A stretch of 64,000 nt of DNA, from contig CAWCMR010000008.1 of assembly GCA_963796685.1 (NCBI GenBank), forward strand, positions 256,001 to 320,000. The letters are read 5' to 3'. The stretch comes from an uncultured delta proteobacterium. GTDB taxonomy: Bacteria; Myxococcota_A; Polyangia; Fen-1088. The position numbers and the translations under genes are program-made. The notes beneath the pieces are model-generated. The model ran no database searches. It was not told the DNA's origin and saw nothing but the letters and a program-made list of their open reading frames with translations. Below are positions 53,976-64,000 of this stretch, one piece after another; positions within the stretch are counted from its first letter, which is position 1; the number at the start of each line of letters is the position of its first letter.

Positions 53976-55103
53976 GTGAATGTTGTCAATATGGCCAAGT
54001 CACCATGCACCGAGGATGTAACGGTGAAGCAAGTACCCTCCCAAATACATGTAGAACGGCTTCCCGTCACAGTCCCATCCAACCGTGGGCGGTTTGTGTT
54101 GCGGTTATCACTCTCGCTATTCGCGGTGATGGCCTGGTGGCTCGTGTATCGCAATCTCGAACCGTTCGCCAAGTGGCTGACTTATGACCTGCTGAATATG
54201 ACCGCCGGTAACCGTCTGGCCCTGGCGGTTGAGTTCTTCATCTTCGAGGCGCCCAAGGTCCTGATGCTTCTTACCTTGGTTGTCTTCGGCGTGGGAATCG
54301 TGCGTTCGTTCTTCACCCCCGAACGAACCCGCCGCATCCTCGCCGGCAAGCGCGAGTCAGTAGGCAACGTGCTGGCCTCGCTGCTCGGTGTGGTGACGCC
54401 GTTTTGTTCTTGTTCGGCCGTGCCGCTGTTCATTGGCTTCGTCACGACAGGCGTTCCGCTGGGCGTGACATTTTCGTTCCTCATCGCCGCGCCGATGATC
54501 AACGAGGTCGCGCTTGTGTTGCTCTTCGGCCTCTTCGGCTGGAAGGTCGCGGCGCTCTACATGGGCACGGGCCTGGTCATCGCTATCGTCGCCGGTTGGG
54601 TCATCGGGCGATTGCGGCTCGAACGCTGGGTTGAACGGTGGGTCTACGAGACCAAGACTGGCGCGGCTGCGGAGGCGTCGAGCCCAACTTGGGCGGACAG
54701 GGGTCGCGCGGGTCGCGACGCTGTCAAGGACATCGTCGGCAAGGTGTGGCCGTATGTGCTGGCCGGCATCGCCGTCGGCGCCGGCATCCACGGCTACGTC
54801 CCACAGGATTTCATGGCCTCGATCATGGGCAAGGGGGCGTGGTGGTCTGTCCCTCTTGCCGTGGTGATTGGCATTCCGATGTACTCGAACGCGGCTGGCA
54901 TCATTCCCATCGTTCAGGCCCTGCTCGGCAAGGGCGCGGCCCTCGGCACCGTGCTCGCGTTCATGATGTCGGTCATTGGGTTATCGCTGCCGGAAATGGT
55001 CATCTTGCGAAAGGTTCTGAAGGTTCCGCTCATCGTGACTTTCGCGGGCGTGGTCGGCCTTGGGATTCTGATCGTGGGCTATCTGTTCAACATTGTTCTG
55101 TGA
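53976..55103 (+). CDS. DUF318/ArsP-family permease (true start probably further downstream)
   Basis: TPFCSCSAVP, GIPMYSN, LSLPEM. Confidence 0.9.
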   Translation: MNVVNMAKSPCTEDVTVKQVPSQIHVERLPVTVPSNRGRFVLRLSLSLFAVMAWWLVYRNLEPFAKWLTYDLLNMTAGNRLALAVEFFIFEAPKVLMLLTLVVFGVGIVRSFFTPERTRRILAGKRESVGNVLASLLGVVTPFCSCSAVPLFIGFVTTGVPLGVTFSFLIAAPMINEVALVLLFGLFGWKVAALYMGTGLVIAIVAGWVIGRLRLERWVERWVYETKTGAAAEASSPTWADRGRAGRDAVKDIVGKVWPYVLAGIAVGAGIHGYVPQDFMASIMGKGAWWSVPLAVVIGIPMYSNAAGIIPIVQALLGKGAALGTVLAFMMSVIGLSLPEMVILRKVLKVPLIVTFAGVVGLGILIVGYLFNIVL

Positions 55104-55148
55104 CCGAGCGCAGTCTAAAGCGACGAGAGTAACAAACGGAGACAAGAT

Positions 55149-55397
55149 ATGAAGATCAAGGTTCTAGGTACGGGTTGCGCCAAATGCAAATTGCTCTACG
55201 CCGAAGCCCAGAAGGCCATCGCCTCGGCCGGTATCGGAGTGGAGCTGGAGAAGGTCGAGAAAATTGACGAGATCATGAAGTACGGCGTGATGATGACGCC
55301 GGCTCTAGTCATCGAGGACGAGGTCAAGGCCAGCGGACGAATTCCGCGGGCCGACGAGATCGTGTCGTGGATCGCGACCGCAGCTGCGCGAGCGTGA
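55149..55397 (+). CDS. Small thioredoxin-fold redox-active disulfide protein
   Basis: LGTGCAKC, YGVMMTPALVI. Confidence 0.92.
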   Translation: MKIKVLGTGCAKCKLLYAEAQKAIASAGIGVELEKVEKIDEIMKYGVMMTPALVIEDEVKASGRIPRADEIVSWIATAAARA

Positions 55398-55401
55398 CCG
55401 C

Positions 55402-56109
55402 ATGCTCGACAGCTTCGTAGCCAACGTCAATCAGTACCTCCACACCAACCCCTGGTTGGCGTTGGTCGCCGTATTCGTGGGCGGGATCCTCACCGCCTCG
55501 AATCCCTGCGTGCTCGCGATGATTCCCCTGATGATGAGCTTCGTCGCCGGTCGAAAAGAGGATAGGCCGGGTGTTGGACGCGCCTTCTTATTCTCGCTCG
55601 TGTTCATCGTCGGGTTGGCCGTGACTTTCACGGTGCTCGGGATGATCGCCGCGCTCGCGGGAAAGATGTACGGAGATGTTTCCGGCGTCTGGAACTGGAT
55701 TGTCGCCGCCGTCTGCGTGGTGATGGGCCTGCATCTCATGGGGGTTCTGACGGTCCCCATCCCGTCGCTGGGGGGCAAGCTGCAGCCCAAGACCCGCGGC
55801 TTTCTCGGCTCGTTCGTCTTGGGACTTCTTTTCGGCGTTGTATCAGCGCCCTGTGCAGCGCCCATTCTCGTGGTTCTGCTGACCTATCTTGCCGGCTCAG
55901 GTGCTTCGATTCCCTGGGGTGGCACCCTCTTGCTTGTCTATGCCCTCGGGCATAGCGTTCTCATTCTACTCGCCGGCACATCCATGGGTGCGGCGAGACA
56001 ACTCATCGAAAACAAGAAGGCCACGCACGTGCTCGGGTTCCTGCGCAGACTTGCAGGAGCCGCGATTGTGCTAGTCGGCGTGTACTTCGCCTACCGAGGT
56101 CTGCAATGA
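55402..56109 (+). CDS. ccdA: CcdA/DsbD-type transmembrane electron carrier
   Basis: NPCVLAMIP and SAPCAAP, six TMs. Confidence 0.88.
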   Translation: MLDSFVANVNQYLHTNPWLALVAVFVGGILTASNPCVLAMIPLMMSFVAGRKEDRPGVGRAFLFSLVFIVGLAVTFTVLGMIAALAGKMYGDVSGVWNWIVAAVCVVMGLHLMGVLTVPIPSLGGKLQPKTRGFLGSFVLGLLFGVVSAPCAAPILVVLLTYLAGSGASIPWGGTLLLVYALGHSVLILLAGTSMGAARQLIENKKATHVLGFLRRLAGAAIVLVGVYFAYRGLQ

Positions 56110-56546
56110 CAACATCGAAACTGTCCGCTCTGTCGTTCTGCCTGATACTTGTCTCCTTGGCTGACCTCGGTTGCGAGCGCTCCCGGGCGGCCACCACCGC
56201 ACCACCAGCGGCGGTGAAGGCGGCCGAGACCGCGCCTGCCACTCTAAACAGCTCGAAGGTGACGAAGATCGTCTTCGTCGGCAAGAAGCACGCCTGCGAC
56301 TGCACGCGAAAATCGGTCGATGCCGGCTGGGCTGCCCTGCAAACCGCGCTTGGCACGCCGCCCAAGCTGCCGATCGAGCGCTTCCAGGTCGACACCCAAG
56401 GCGAACGCGTGGAGCCCTATCGGCAGCAGAAGCCGATCATGGCTTTGCCGGCCATCTACTTCGTGGATGGGAAGGGTGCGGTGACGGAGCTGCTGCAGGG
56501 AGAGGTCACGTCGGAGCAGATCGGCGGCGTACTGAACCGCAAATGA
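56106..56546 (+). CDS. Exported thioredoxin-like hypothetical protein
   Basis: Signal/lipobox, ACDC motif, ALPAIYFVD..G. Confidence 0.65.
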   Translation: MTTSKLSALSFCLILVSLADLGCERSRAATTAPPAAVKAAETAPATLNSSKVTKIVFVGKKHACDCTRKSVDAGWAALQTALGTPPKLPIERFQVDTQGERVEPYRQQKPIMALPAIYFVDGKGAVTELLQGEVTSEQIGGVLNRK

Positions 56547-57220
56547 GTGAGCCGACGGCCGCCGCTAACAGCCTTACGGAACGAACTCGCGAGCTCCTTG
56601 CCCCTTGGTTCCGAGAACGTCGCTTCACGCGAGGCGAGCTGCTGTGGCGCGAGGGCGAGACGACCGGCCTGCTGGTTGCGATTCGCACTGGCCACGTGAA
56701 GATCTACCGCCTCCTACCGACTGGACGGGCGGTCACGCTCTTCGTCTTCGGCCCGGGTGAAGTCTTCGGTTTCCTGCCCTTCCTAGACGGTGAACCATAC
56801 CCCGCCTACGCACAAGCCATCGACGACACAGTTGCCGACGTAATGTCGCGTGCCGATCTCGTGGAGGCGGTTCGAAAAAGCCCCGATGTCGCGATGACGC
56901 TTCTGTCGTTCCTGGGGAGGAGGTTACGCGAAGCTTTCGACCGCATCGAGACGCAATCGACGCCGGGGGCACTAGCCCGGGTGGCCGCCGCCATTCAGGC
57001 GCTGGTATTGTCCGAGGCAACCGAGAGCTCCACCGTGATTCTGGAGCTGCCCGTCTCGTCCGCGGAGTTCGCCGCCGCCATCGGCGTGAGCCCCGAGACC
57101 CTCTCGCGCGCGGTTTCGCGACTGGTGGCCGACGGCGTCGTGCACCGGATCGGGTCGGGACGCTTGCAAGTCCTGGATTTGGCGGCTCTCGACCGAGCCG
57201 CGCGCTCTTCACGTCCCTGA
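56543..57220 (+). CDS. Crp/Fnr-family transcriptional regulator
   Basis: cNMP domain (REGE, G.VKI, PGEVFG) and HTH GVSPETLSR; lacks the FNR N-terminal Cys cluster. Confidence 0.9.
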   Translation: MSEPTAAANSLTERTRELLAPWFRERRFTRGELLWREGETTGLLVAIRTGHVKIYRLLPTGRAVTLFVFGPGEVFGFLPFLDGEPYPAYAQAIDDTVADVMSRADLVEAVRKSPDVAMTLLSFLGRRLREAFDRIETQSTPGALARVAAAIQALVLSEATESSTVILELPVSSAEFAAAIGVSPETLSRAVSRLVADGVVHRIGSGRLQVLDLAALDRAARSSRP

Positions 57221-57252
57221 TCGCGTCCTCGCGCACCGAAAAGCGCACTCTC

Positions 57253-57266
57253 TTGACCGCCGTCAA
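57253..57266. promoter_or_regulatory. Crp/Fnr-type box TTGAC-N4-GTCAA
   Basis: Perfect palindrome between the regulator and the RND operon. Confidence 0.7.
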
Positions 57267-57313
57267 GGCGGGCCTCCCGGGAAAGGGGGAAAAAGGAGTG
57301 GCGGAGGCTGAAT

Positions 57314-58402
57314 ATGAAGAAGCGCGTGCTTGCAGTTGTCTTGGCTCTTATCGTCGTGACAGGCGGCGCGATGCTGGTGGTTCACAAGCGCCGAGCCCTC
57401 GCGCGCTTGCCGGTCCCGGCCAGTCCACCCGTTCCTGTCTCGGTTGCGGTCGTCAAGGACGGCGCGGTCGCGGATACCATCCAAACCCTGGCGGTCGTTC
57501 AATCGGATCGGTCGAGCACGGTCGCCGCTCAGGTGCCGGGAACGGTCTTGGAGGCACGCGGTCGCGAAGGAGATCGGGTCAAAAAGGGCCAGCTCCTTGC
57601 GCGCATCGACGCTCGCACCCTTCACGATGCCGCCGAAGCGGCGCGGGCCCGAGTGGCCGCAGCCGAGGAAGACCTTCGCAAACAGCAGACCATCTTTCAG
57701 CGAGACAAGTCGCTCTTCGAGTCGAAGGACATCCCCCAACAGACCTTCGACATCAGCAAAGCGCAGCTCGAGCTTTCCCGGGCCAACAAGACCGTCGCCG
57801 AGCGCGCCTACGAGAGCGCGCGCACCTCGCGAGCCTACGCCGACGTCGTGGCTCCCTATGCCGGCGTGATCACGGCGCGACTGGTGGAGCCGGGAGACAT
57901 CGCCACGCCAGGCAAGCCGCTCTTTACCCTGCAAATCCAGGGACACGTGCGCGTGCTCTCGAAGGTCGCCCAGGAGGTGCTCTCCCGCTTGCAGGTCGGA
58001 GGCAACGTCACGTTCTCCGCCAACGGTCAGACCCTGCCGGCCCGGGTGTCGCGCATCTATCCGGCCCTCGACGCCGCACGCCTCGGCGTGGTCGAAACGG
58101 ATCTCGAAGCTGCCCCCTTCGGCCTGCCATCCGGAGCCACCTTGGCTGCGTCCTACTCCGCGGCGCCCGCGTCGGGAATGGTCATTCCAGCGGCGGCCCT
58201 GTTGCAAGGGCTGAAAGAGACGGTGGTCGTCCGCGTGCACGACGGGGTCACGGAGGCGGTGCCGGTCACGGTGACCGGCCGCACGGCCTCGGAAGCCATC
58301 GTCGTCGGCAAGCTCGCGCCCGGGCAGAGCGTCGTGCTCGGCCTTCCCAGCGAGCTCATGGCTTTGTCGAGCGGCGTGCGCGTAAGCGCACTGGAGAAGT
58401 GA
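57314..58402 (+). CDS. RND efflux periplasmic adaptor
   Basis: EGDRVKKGQLLARID, APYAGVI, EPGD. Confidence 0.9.
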   Translation: MKKRVLAVVLALIVVTGGAMLVVHKRRALARLPVPASPPVPVSVAVVKDGAVADTIQTLAVVQSDRSSTVAAQVPGTVLEARGREGDRVKKGQLLARIDARTLHDAAEAARARVAAAEEDLRKQQTIFQRDKSLFESKDIPQQTFDISKAQLELSRANKTVAERAYESARTSRAYADVVAPYAGVITARLVEPGDIATPGKPLFTLQIQGHVRVLSKVAQEVLSRLQVGGNVTFSANGQTLPARVSRIYPALDAARLGVVETDLEAAPFGLPSGATLAASYSAAPASGMVIPAAALLQGLKETVVVRVHDGVTEAVPVTVTGRTASEAIVVGKLAPGQSVVLGLPSELMALSSGVRVSALEK

Positions 58403-58405
58403 CCC

Positions 58406-61400
58406 ATGCGACTCGTCGAAGCCTACGTGCGCAAACCTCACCTGCTGCTGTCGATCGTTCTGTTGCTCGCGGTCGTGGGGCTGGTCGGTTACTTCAAGAT
58501 GCCGGTGAACCTGTTCCCAGACAGCGAGCGGCCCCAGATCTCCGTGGTGACCGTGTGGCCGGGTGCCTCGTCCGACGACATCTCCAGCGACGTGGCCCGA
58601 GTCATCGAGAAAGAGCTGAAGACCATCGAGCTGGTCCGGCGGGTGGTATCCACCTCGAACGACGAATCGTGCGTGGTCACCGTCGAGTTCGAATACCAGA
58701 AGGGGCTCGATTCCGCCGCGACCGACGTCACCAACAGCCTCAACAAGATTCGCACGCTCCTGCCCGCCGATATCCGCCCGTTTCAGGTCTACAAGGTCTC
58801 GTCCGCCACGCCCGCGGTCATGACCCTCGCGCTCACCCCGAACGCGGACTCCCACCTCGATCTGTCGATGATTCGGCAGCTTGCCGACAATCCCATCAAG
58901 GAGCGTCTGCTGCGGGTGCCCGGGGTCGACAACGTGGAGATCTTCGGCGGGTACCAGCCGGTGGTCCGCGTGACCCTCGACCCGAATCGCCTGGAGACCT
59001 TTCGCCTCACCCCTGGGCAAATCTCCGCGGCCCTAAACGCCTGGAACCGCAACACACCCGAAGGTCTGGTCGTCACCGATTCCACCCACGTGCTGCTGAA
59101 GAATCAGGGCGCCTTCGAACGAAGCGAGGAGCTTGCCCAGGTCGTGGTCAGCAGTGTGGCGGGGCCGCCGGTGTACTTGCGCGACGTCGGCACGGTCGAG
59201 AGGAGCGTGCAGGAACGGCTCTCGGCCTTTCATGGCAATGGCAAGCCGGCCATCGGCATCAACATTCAGCGCTCGCTGTCCGGCTACGCCCTGCCGACCA
59301 TCAACGCGGCCCTGGGGGCCGTGCCGGAGCTCGAACGACAGCATCCCAACATTCACTTCGAGGTGGCCGACACCCAGCAGGAGCTGATCCACAACAGCGT
59401 GGCCAACATGGTCGATGCGCTTCGGGACGCCATCATCATGACCGTCATGGTGATCTTCCTCTTCCTCGCTGACCTGCGGGGCATGCTGCTCACCGCGATC
59501 TCCATTCCGTTCACCTACCTCATCACGTTCGGCCTGATGTGGCTGCTCGGCTTCCAGTTCGACATGGTCACCCTCACCGGCGTGATCCTCGGCGTCGGCA
59601 TGTTGCTCGACGACGCCATCGTGGTGCTGGAGAACATCGAACGCCACTACCACACGCTCGGCAAGGACATGCGCCATGCAGTCATCGGCGGCACGCAAGA
59701 GGTGATGCTCGCCATTCTCTCGGGTACCTACGCCACCGTGGTCGTGCTGATCCCCATCATCTTCATCGGCGGCTTCGTGCAGACCGTGCTGCGCCCGCTC
59801 GCGCTCACGCTGTCCATCGCGCTGGCCGCCTCCTACGTGGTGTCGGTGACCATTCTTCCCATCTTCGCCCCGGTCATTCTGCGCCTGGGCGGGCGAGTCG
59901 GGCGTTCGCGCTGGGAAAAGGCGCTCGACGGCGTCGTCTCACGGCGGGTGCTGCACCCGATTCAAGAGTTCTTCGTGAGGGCGGTCCGACTGGCCCTGCG
60001 GCGCAAGCTCCTCTTCCTGCTGCCCGCCGTGCTCTTGCTCGTGGTCTCCGCGCGGGTCCTCATGCCCCTCAACGGCCGCGATCTCATGCCGCCCATGGAT
60101 ACGGGAATCTTCCGGGTATCCTTCGAGGCGTGGCCGAACACGTCTCTGCAACAGAGTGAAGCCTTGCTGGCCCAGGCCGAGCAGGTCATCTGGCAGCAAC
60201 CCGGTGTTCTGCGCACGTCCGCGACCCTCGGCTCCGAGCCTGGCGTCCTCTCGTTCGGCTCCGGCCGCAATGCCCAGCAGGCGTTCGTGACCGTCCATCT
60301 GGTGGACCGCTTCCACCGCAAGCAAACGTTGTGGGACGTGGAGGCCGCCGTCGCCGATCGGTTGAACACCATTGCCGGCCTGCGCTTCGTCGCCACCTAC
60401 GACTACGGCGCGACGGCCCTGTCGACCATCCGCTCAACGGTCGATCTGTCGATCAGCGGTCCCGACCCGGTAGTGCTCGACAGACTGGCCCAAGATGTAG
60501 ACCGACGGCTTCACACCGTCGGGGGGCTCAAGGCGGTGGTGCGGACCTGGACCCTCGACCGTCAAGAGCTTCGCTTCCTGCCCGATGCGAACAAGCTGGC
60601 CCTCTATGGCCTGGACGCGGCCAATGTGGCGGCTCAGGTGCAGCTCGCAGGTCAAAGGGATCCCATCCACGCTCTTCCGCGTCCCACAGCAAGACTCGTT
60701 TGCGGTGTGGGTACAAAGTCGCACCGACCGGCGCGACAGCGACCTCGACATCGCGACTTTGCCCGTGCAGACGTCCCAAGGACCTGCACCCCTGTCCGCG
60801 CTCGGTCGCATCGTGCCGGCGATCGTTCCGACCCTGCACACGCGGCAGGGCCTGCAGGAGACGGTGGACGTCCTCGGTTATCGCAACACCGCCGCCGTCA
60901 CCCACATCAATGACAACGTCGACAAGGCGATGCAAGGCCTGGTGTTGCCGCCCGGTTATGCCATCCACGAGGAAGGCGAGCGCAAGACCATGGACGAGGC
61001 GTTCGCCTTGCTGATTGCCGCGCTCCTGTTGGGGCTGTTGCTGCTGTATTTCTCGCTGGTCCCGGCCTTCAACTCGTTCCTTCATCCCATCACGATCATG
61101 GTGGCTATCCCCTTGGCGCTCATCGGTGCGACCTGGTCGATGCTCATCATGGGCAAGCACTCCTGCATGCCGGCCTTCATGGGCATGATCCTGCTGGCCG
61201 GGATCGTGGTGAAGAACAGCATTTTGCTCATCGACTTCATCGAAGAGGCTCGGCGCAATGGAGCAAGTATCAAAGACGCGCTCGAAAGCTCGGTGCGGGT
61301 GCGAACGCGGCCCATCCTGATGACCGCCGCCGCCACCGCGGTGGGGATGATCCCGATTGCCGGAGAATGGGCGATCGGGCTCGAACGACTGAGTCCCCTG

Positions 61401-61586
61401 GCGGTCGTGGCCATCGGCGGCCTTCTGGTTTCCACCTTGCTGACCCTGATCTTCGTCCCGATGTTCTACGACGTATTCGAGGGGCTGCGCGGCCGGGTTC
61501 GGAGACGCCAGCCGACCGAGCAAGGGAGTGCCAATCCATCGCTGTCACCGGCGGTCGCCGTCGCGGCAAACGCCGGGGAGGAGTAA
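58406..61586 (+). CDS. AcrB-family RND permease (frameshift near 60640)
   Basis: GMLLDDAIVVLENI; second frame GIVVKNSILL, RTRPILMT, PLAVVAIGG. Confidence 0.92.
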
Positions 61587-61588
61587 CC

Positions 61589-62948
61589 ATGTTCGTCGGA
61601 ACTATCGTCTCGTTGGTAGGTCGAAGCGGGCTCGGAGTGGCCGTGGCTCTGGCCGGTATGGTCGCGGCAGTTCCCGCCAGGGCCGAGAGCAAGGTACTCT
61701 CGCTCGACGAGGCCCTGCAAATCGCCCACGGCAAACAGCCCCAGGTGCAAGCAGCCCTGGCCCAGACCCGGCAAGCGGACGCCCGTAGCGGCCAGGCGCG
61801 CGCGGCCTATCTGCCCCGGGTGGATGCGCAAGCCCAGTATCAGAGAGCCACGCCCAACTTCTTGCTGTCGCCCATGATGGTGCACACCCCCTTGACCAAG
61901 AACTATCAGGCACAGAACGATCTCGGGCCCGGCGACACGCTGAACTACTACCTTTTCGGCATCTCGGCCAGCCAGCTCATCTACGACTTTGGCAAGACGC
62001 CTTCCCTCATCTCGCAGGCCGACGCTGTGGAACGGGCCAGCGAGGCCGATGCGCGAACCGCCGAACAAACGACCGCGTTGAACGTGCGGGTCGCCTACTT
62101 CGGCGTGCTTGCCGCCCAACAACTGGTGATGGTCGGCGAGGAGACGGTGCAGAACCAGAAGAACCACGTGGAACAGGTTCGTCGCTTCGTGGATGCGAGT
62201 CAGCGCACGCGCTTTGACCTCACCAGCGTCGAGCTGAACTTGTCCAACGCGCAACTTGCGCTGGTGCGCGCCCGCAATGCCTTGGGGCTGGCCAAGATCC
62301 GACTCAAGACCGCGATCGGCCTGGATCGCGACGGCGGATTTCACCGTGGTCGAGCCGCCGAGCTCCGATGGGGCGCTCGAACGCAGGCCCGGCAACGAGC
62401 TCATCGACGAGGCCGAGCAACATCGACCAGAGCTTCTTCGGACGGCCGCGCAGTTGCAGGCGCAGCGGGCCGGGCGGAAGGTGGCCCGGGCTGGCTATCT
62501 GCCCAGTCTCAACGCTCTCGGTGGGGTTTCCGGTGCCAAGGTCGAAGGCTTCGGTGCCGGGTATGATTGGTTCGTCGGCCTTGGCCTCAACTGGAATCTC
62601 TTCAACGGGCTCTACAGCACGAAACAGGTCGCCGAGTATCGGGCAGGCGAAGACGTAGCCGCAGCGCAGAGCGAGAGCGTCCGCCTGGCCATGGTGGCGG
62701 ACATCGAAGAGCAGCGCCTGGCCATCGTCGACGCGCAGGCGCGCTGCGATCTCGCTGACAAGACGGTTGCGACCGCAAGTGATCGCCTTGCCCAGGCCGA
62801 GCATCGCTACGCAGCCGGTGCCGGCGACGCGCTCGATCTCGACGATGCCCAGATTGCCGTCAGCAACGCCAAGGCACAGAAGGTGCAGGCACGATACGAC
62901 CTGGCCACCGCGCGGGCACGGCTCGTGCGCGCTCTCGGCCGAGAATGA
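61589..62948 (+). CDS. TolC-family outer-membrane protein (frameshift near 62333)
   Basis: LSLDEALQIA, QLIYDFG, WNLFNG, RYAAG..LDLDDAQ. Confidence 0.88.
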
Positions 62949-62995
62949 TCCGCCGGATTCGCCGACGGTACTGAAAACCACGAAAGGAGATCCTG

Positions 62996-63610
62996 ATGTC
63001 ATCCGAAACCAACCAACGCTATTCACCGCCCGAGTGGGCCTTCACCTTTCACGGGCACCGCTGCCCGTTCATGCCACTCGGCTATCGCATGGGCGTGCTG
63101 GCCCTCGATGCGCTCGGCGTCGGCAGAGAGGCCGACCATACCCTGCACGTCATCTGCGAGCTTGGGGAAGGCCACCCGCAGACCTGCCTGATGGACGGCA
63201 TCCAGATCGCCACGGGTGCGACCTTCGGCAAGACCCTGATCGAGAAGACCTCCTGGGGCAAGCTGGCCGCGACCTTTTGGCATCCCGGCAAGACCGCCGT
63301 GCGCTACGCGCTCAAAGCTGGCTTCCTCGACGAGTTCGGCAAGCGCGAGCTCTTCGCATACCGCAAACGCGGCGTCGAGCCTTCGGGCATCCCCACGAAC
63401 GTGACCCAGGAAGCGATCGCCTGGACCTTGGGCCAAAGCGACGACGCGCTCTTTGCGATCCAGCAGCGCCCCGACTTCGTCTACCAGTCACCCAAAGGCT
63501 CCTTCAACAAGTCGCTGTGCTCGAAGTGCGGCGAGTACGTGTTCGAACGCTACGTCCGTTATCAGGACGGCAAGCCGGTGTGCATTCCCTGCTCGGGTTA
63601 CCAGCGCTGA
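62996..63610 (+). CDS. FmdE-family protein with C-terminal zinc finger
   Basis: FHGHRCP..LG.R, CLMDGIQ..G.TFGK, CSKCGE...CIPC. Confidence 0.9.
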   Translation: MSSETNQRYSPPEWAFTFHGHRCPFMPLGYRMGVLALDALGVGREADHTLHVICELGEGHPQTCLMDGIQIATGATFGKTLIEKTSWGKLAATFWHPGKTAVRYALKAGFLDEFGKRELFAYRKRGVEPSGIPTNVTQEAIAWTLGQSDDALFAIQQRPDFVYQSPKGSFNKSLCSKCGEYVFERYVRYQDGKPVCIPCSGYQR

Positions 63611-63638
63611 GGCGGCCGATTTAGAAGGAAAAAGCGCC

Positions 63639-64000
63639 ATGATCAGTCCCAAGGAATTCTACCAAGCCGGTCTCATGCTCCACGGCCACAAGTGTCCCGC
63701 CATGCCGCTCGGGCTGCGCGTGGGGGCGGCGGCCATGAACGCCCTGGGCGTCGAGCGGGCCAGAGACGGCCAGCTCCTGGCCCTCGTCGAGCTGGGTGAG
63801 GACCATTGCGCGACCTGCTTCGCCGACGGCGTGCAGATGATCACGGGTTGCACCTTCGGCAAGGGCAATATCCAGAAGCTCCACTACGGGAAGTGGGGCG
63901 TCACCCTGGTCGACGTGGCGACTTCGCGCGCGGTCCGGGTCACGCCCAAGGCCGAGGCCATGCTCGCCAACAAGCAGACGGAGTTCTTCAAGGAGTACCG
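63639..64000 (+). CDS. Second FmdE-family protein (partial, runs off window)
   Basis: LHGHKCPAMPLGLR, CFADGVQMITGCTFGKGN read directly from the sequence. Confidence 0.88.
   Translation, partial: MISPKEFYQAGLMLHGHKCPAMPLGLRVGAAAMNALGVERARDGQLLALVELGEDHCATCFADGVQMITGCTFGKGNIQKLHYGKWGVTLVDVATSRAVRVTPKAEAMLANKQTEFFKEY

Overview
GC-rich bacterial window whose gene content points to a Myxococcota/Polyangia-like deltaproteobacterium (TIGR04551-like protein, fibro-slime proteins, Gly/Ser-rich lipoproteins); the taxonomy is inferred. About ten genes are split by single-base frameshifts, most likely long-read errors. The centrepiece (about 36.1-51.2 kb) is a triterpene/sterol locus. It encodes squalene synthase, squalene epoxidase, an oxidosqualene cyclase with cycloartenol-synthase signature residues and an archaeal-type HMG-CoA synthase/thiolase/DUF35 module. 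It also has a Cys-rich U32-family protein whose stop overlaps the cyclase start. Characterised U32 proteins are Fe-S enzymes of O2-independent hydroxylation, so this suggests a possible oxygen-independent route into sterols. Three of its transcription units each have a sigma-54 -24/-12 promoter and a shared palindrome (CGTGCGA-N2-TCGCACG), and a sigma-54 two-component system lies alongside. A BtaA-like (DUF3419) gene and a PS-decarboxylase-like gene are adjacent. Elsewhere: a circularly permuted GH45-like lipoprotein, several families of small palindromic or MITE-like repeats (one inserted in frame in an M16 peptidase), two RND efflux operons, a membrane pyrophosphatase, an ArsR-permease-thioredoxin-CcdA cluster and tandem FmdE-family genes.
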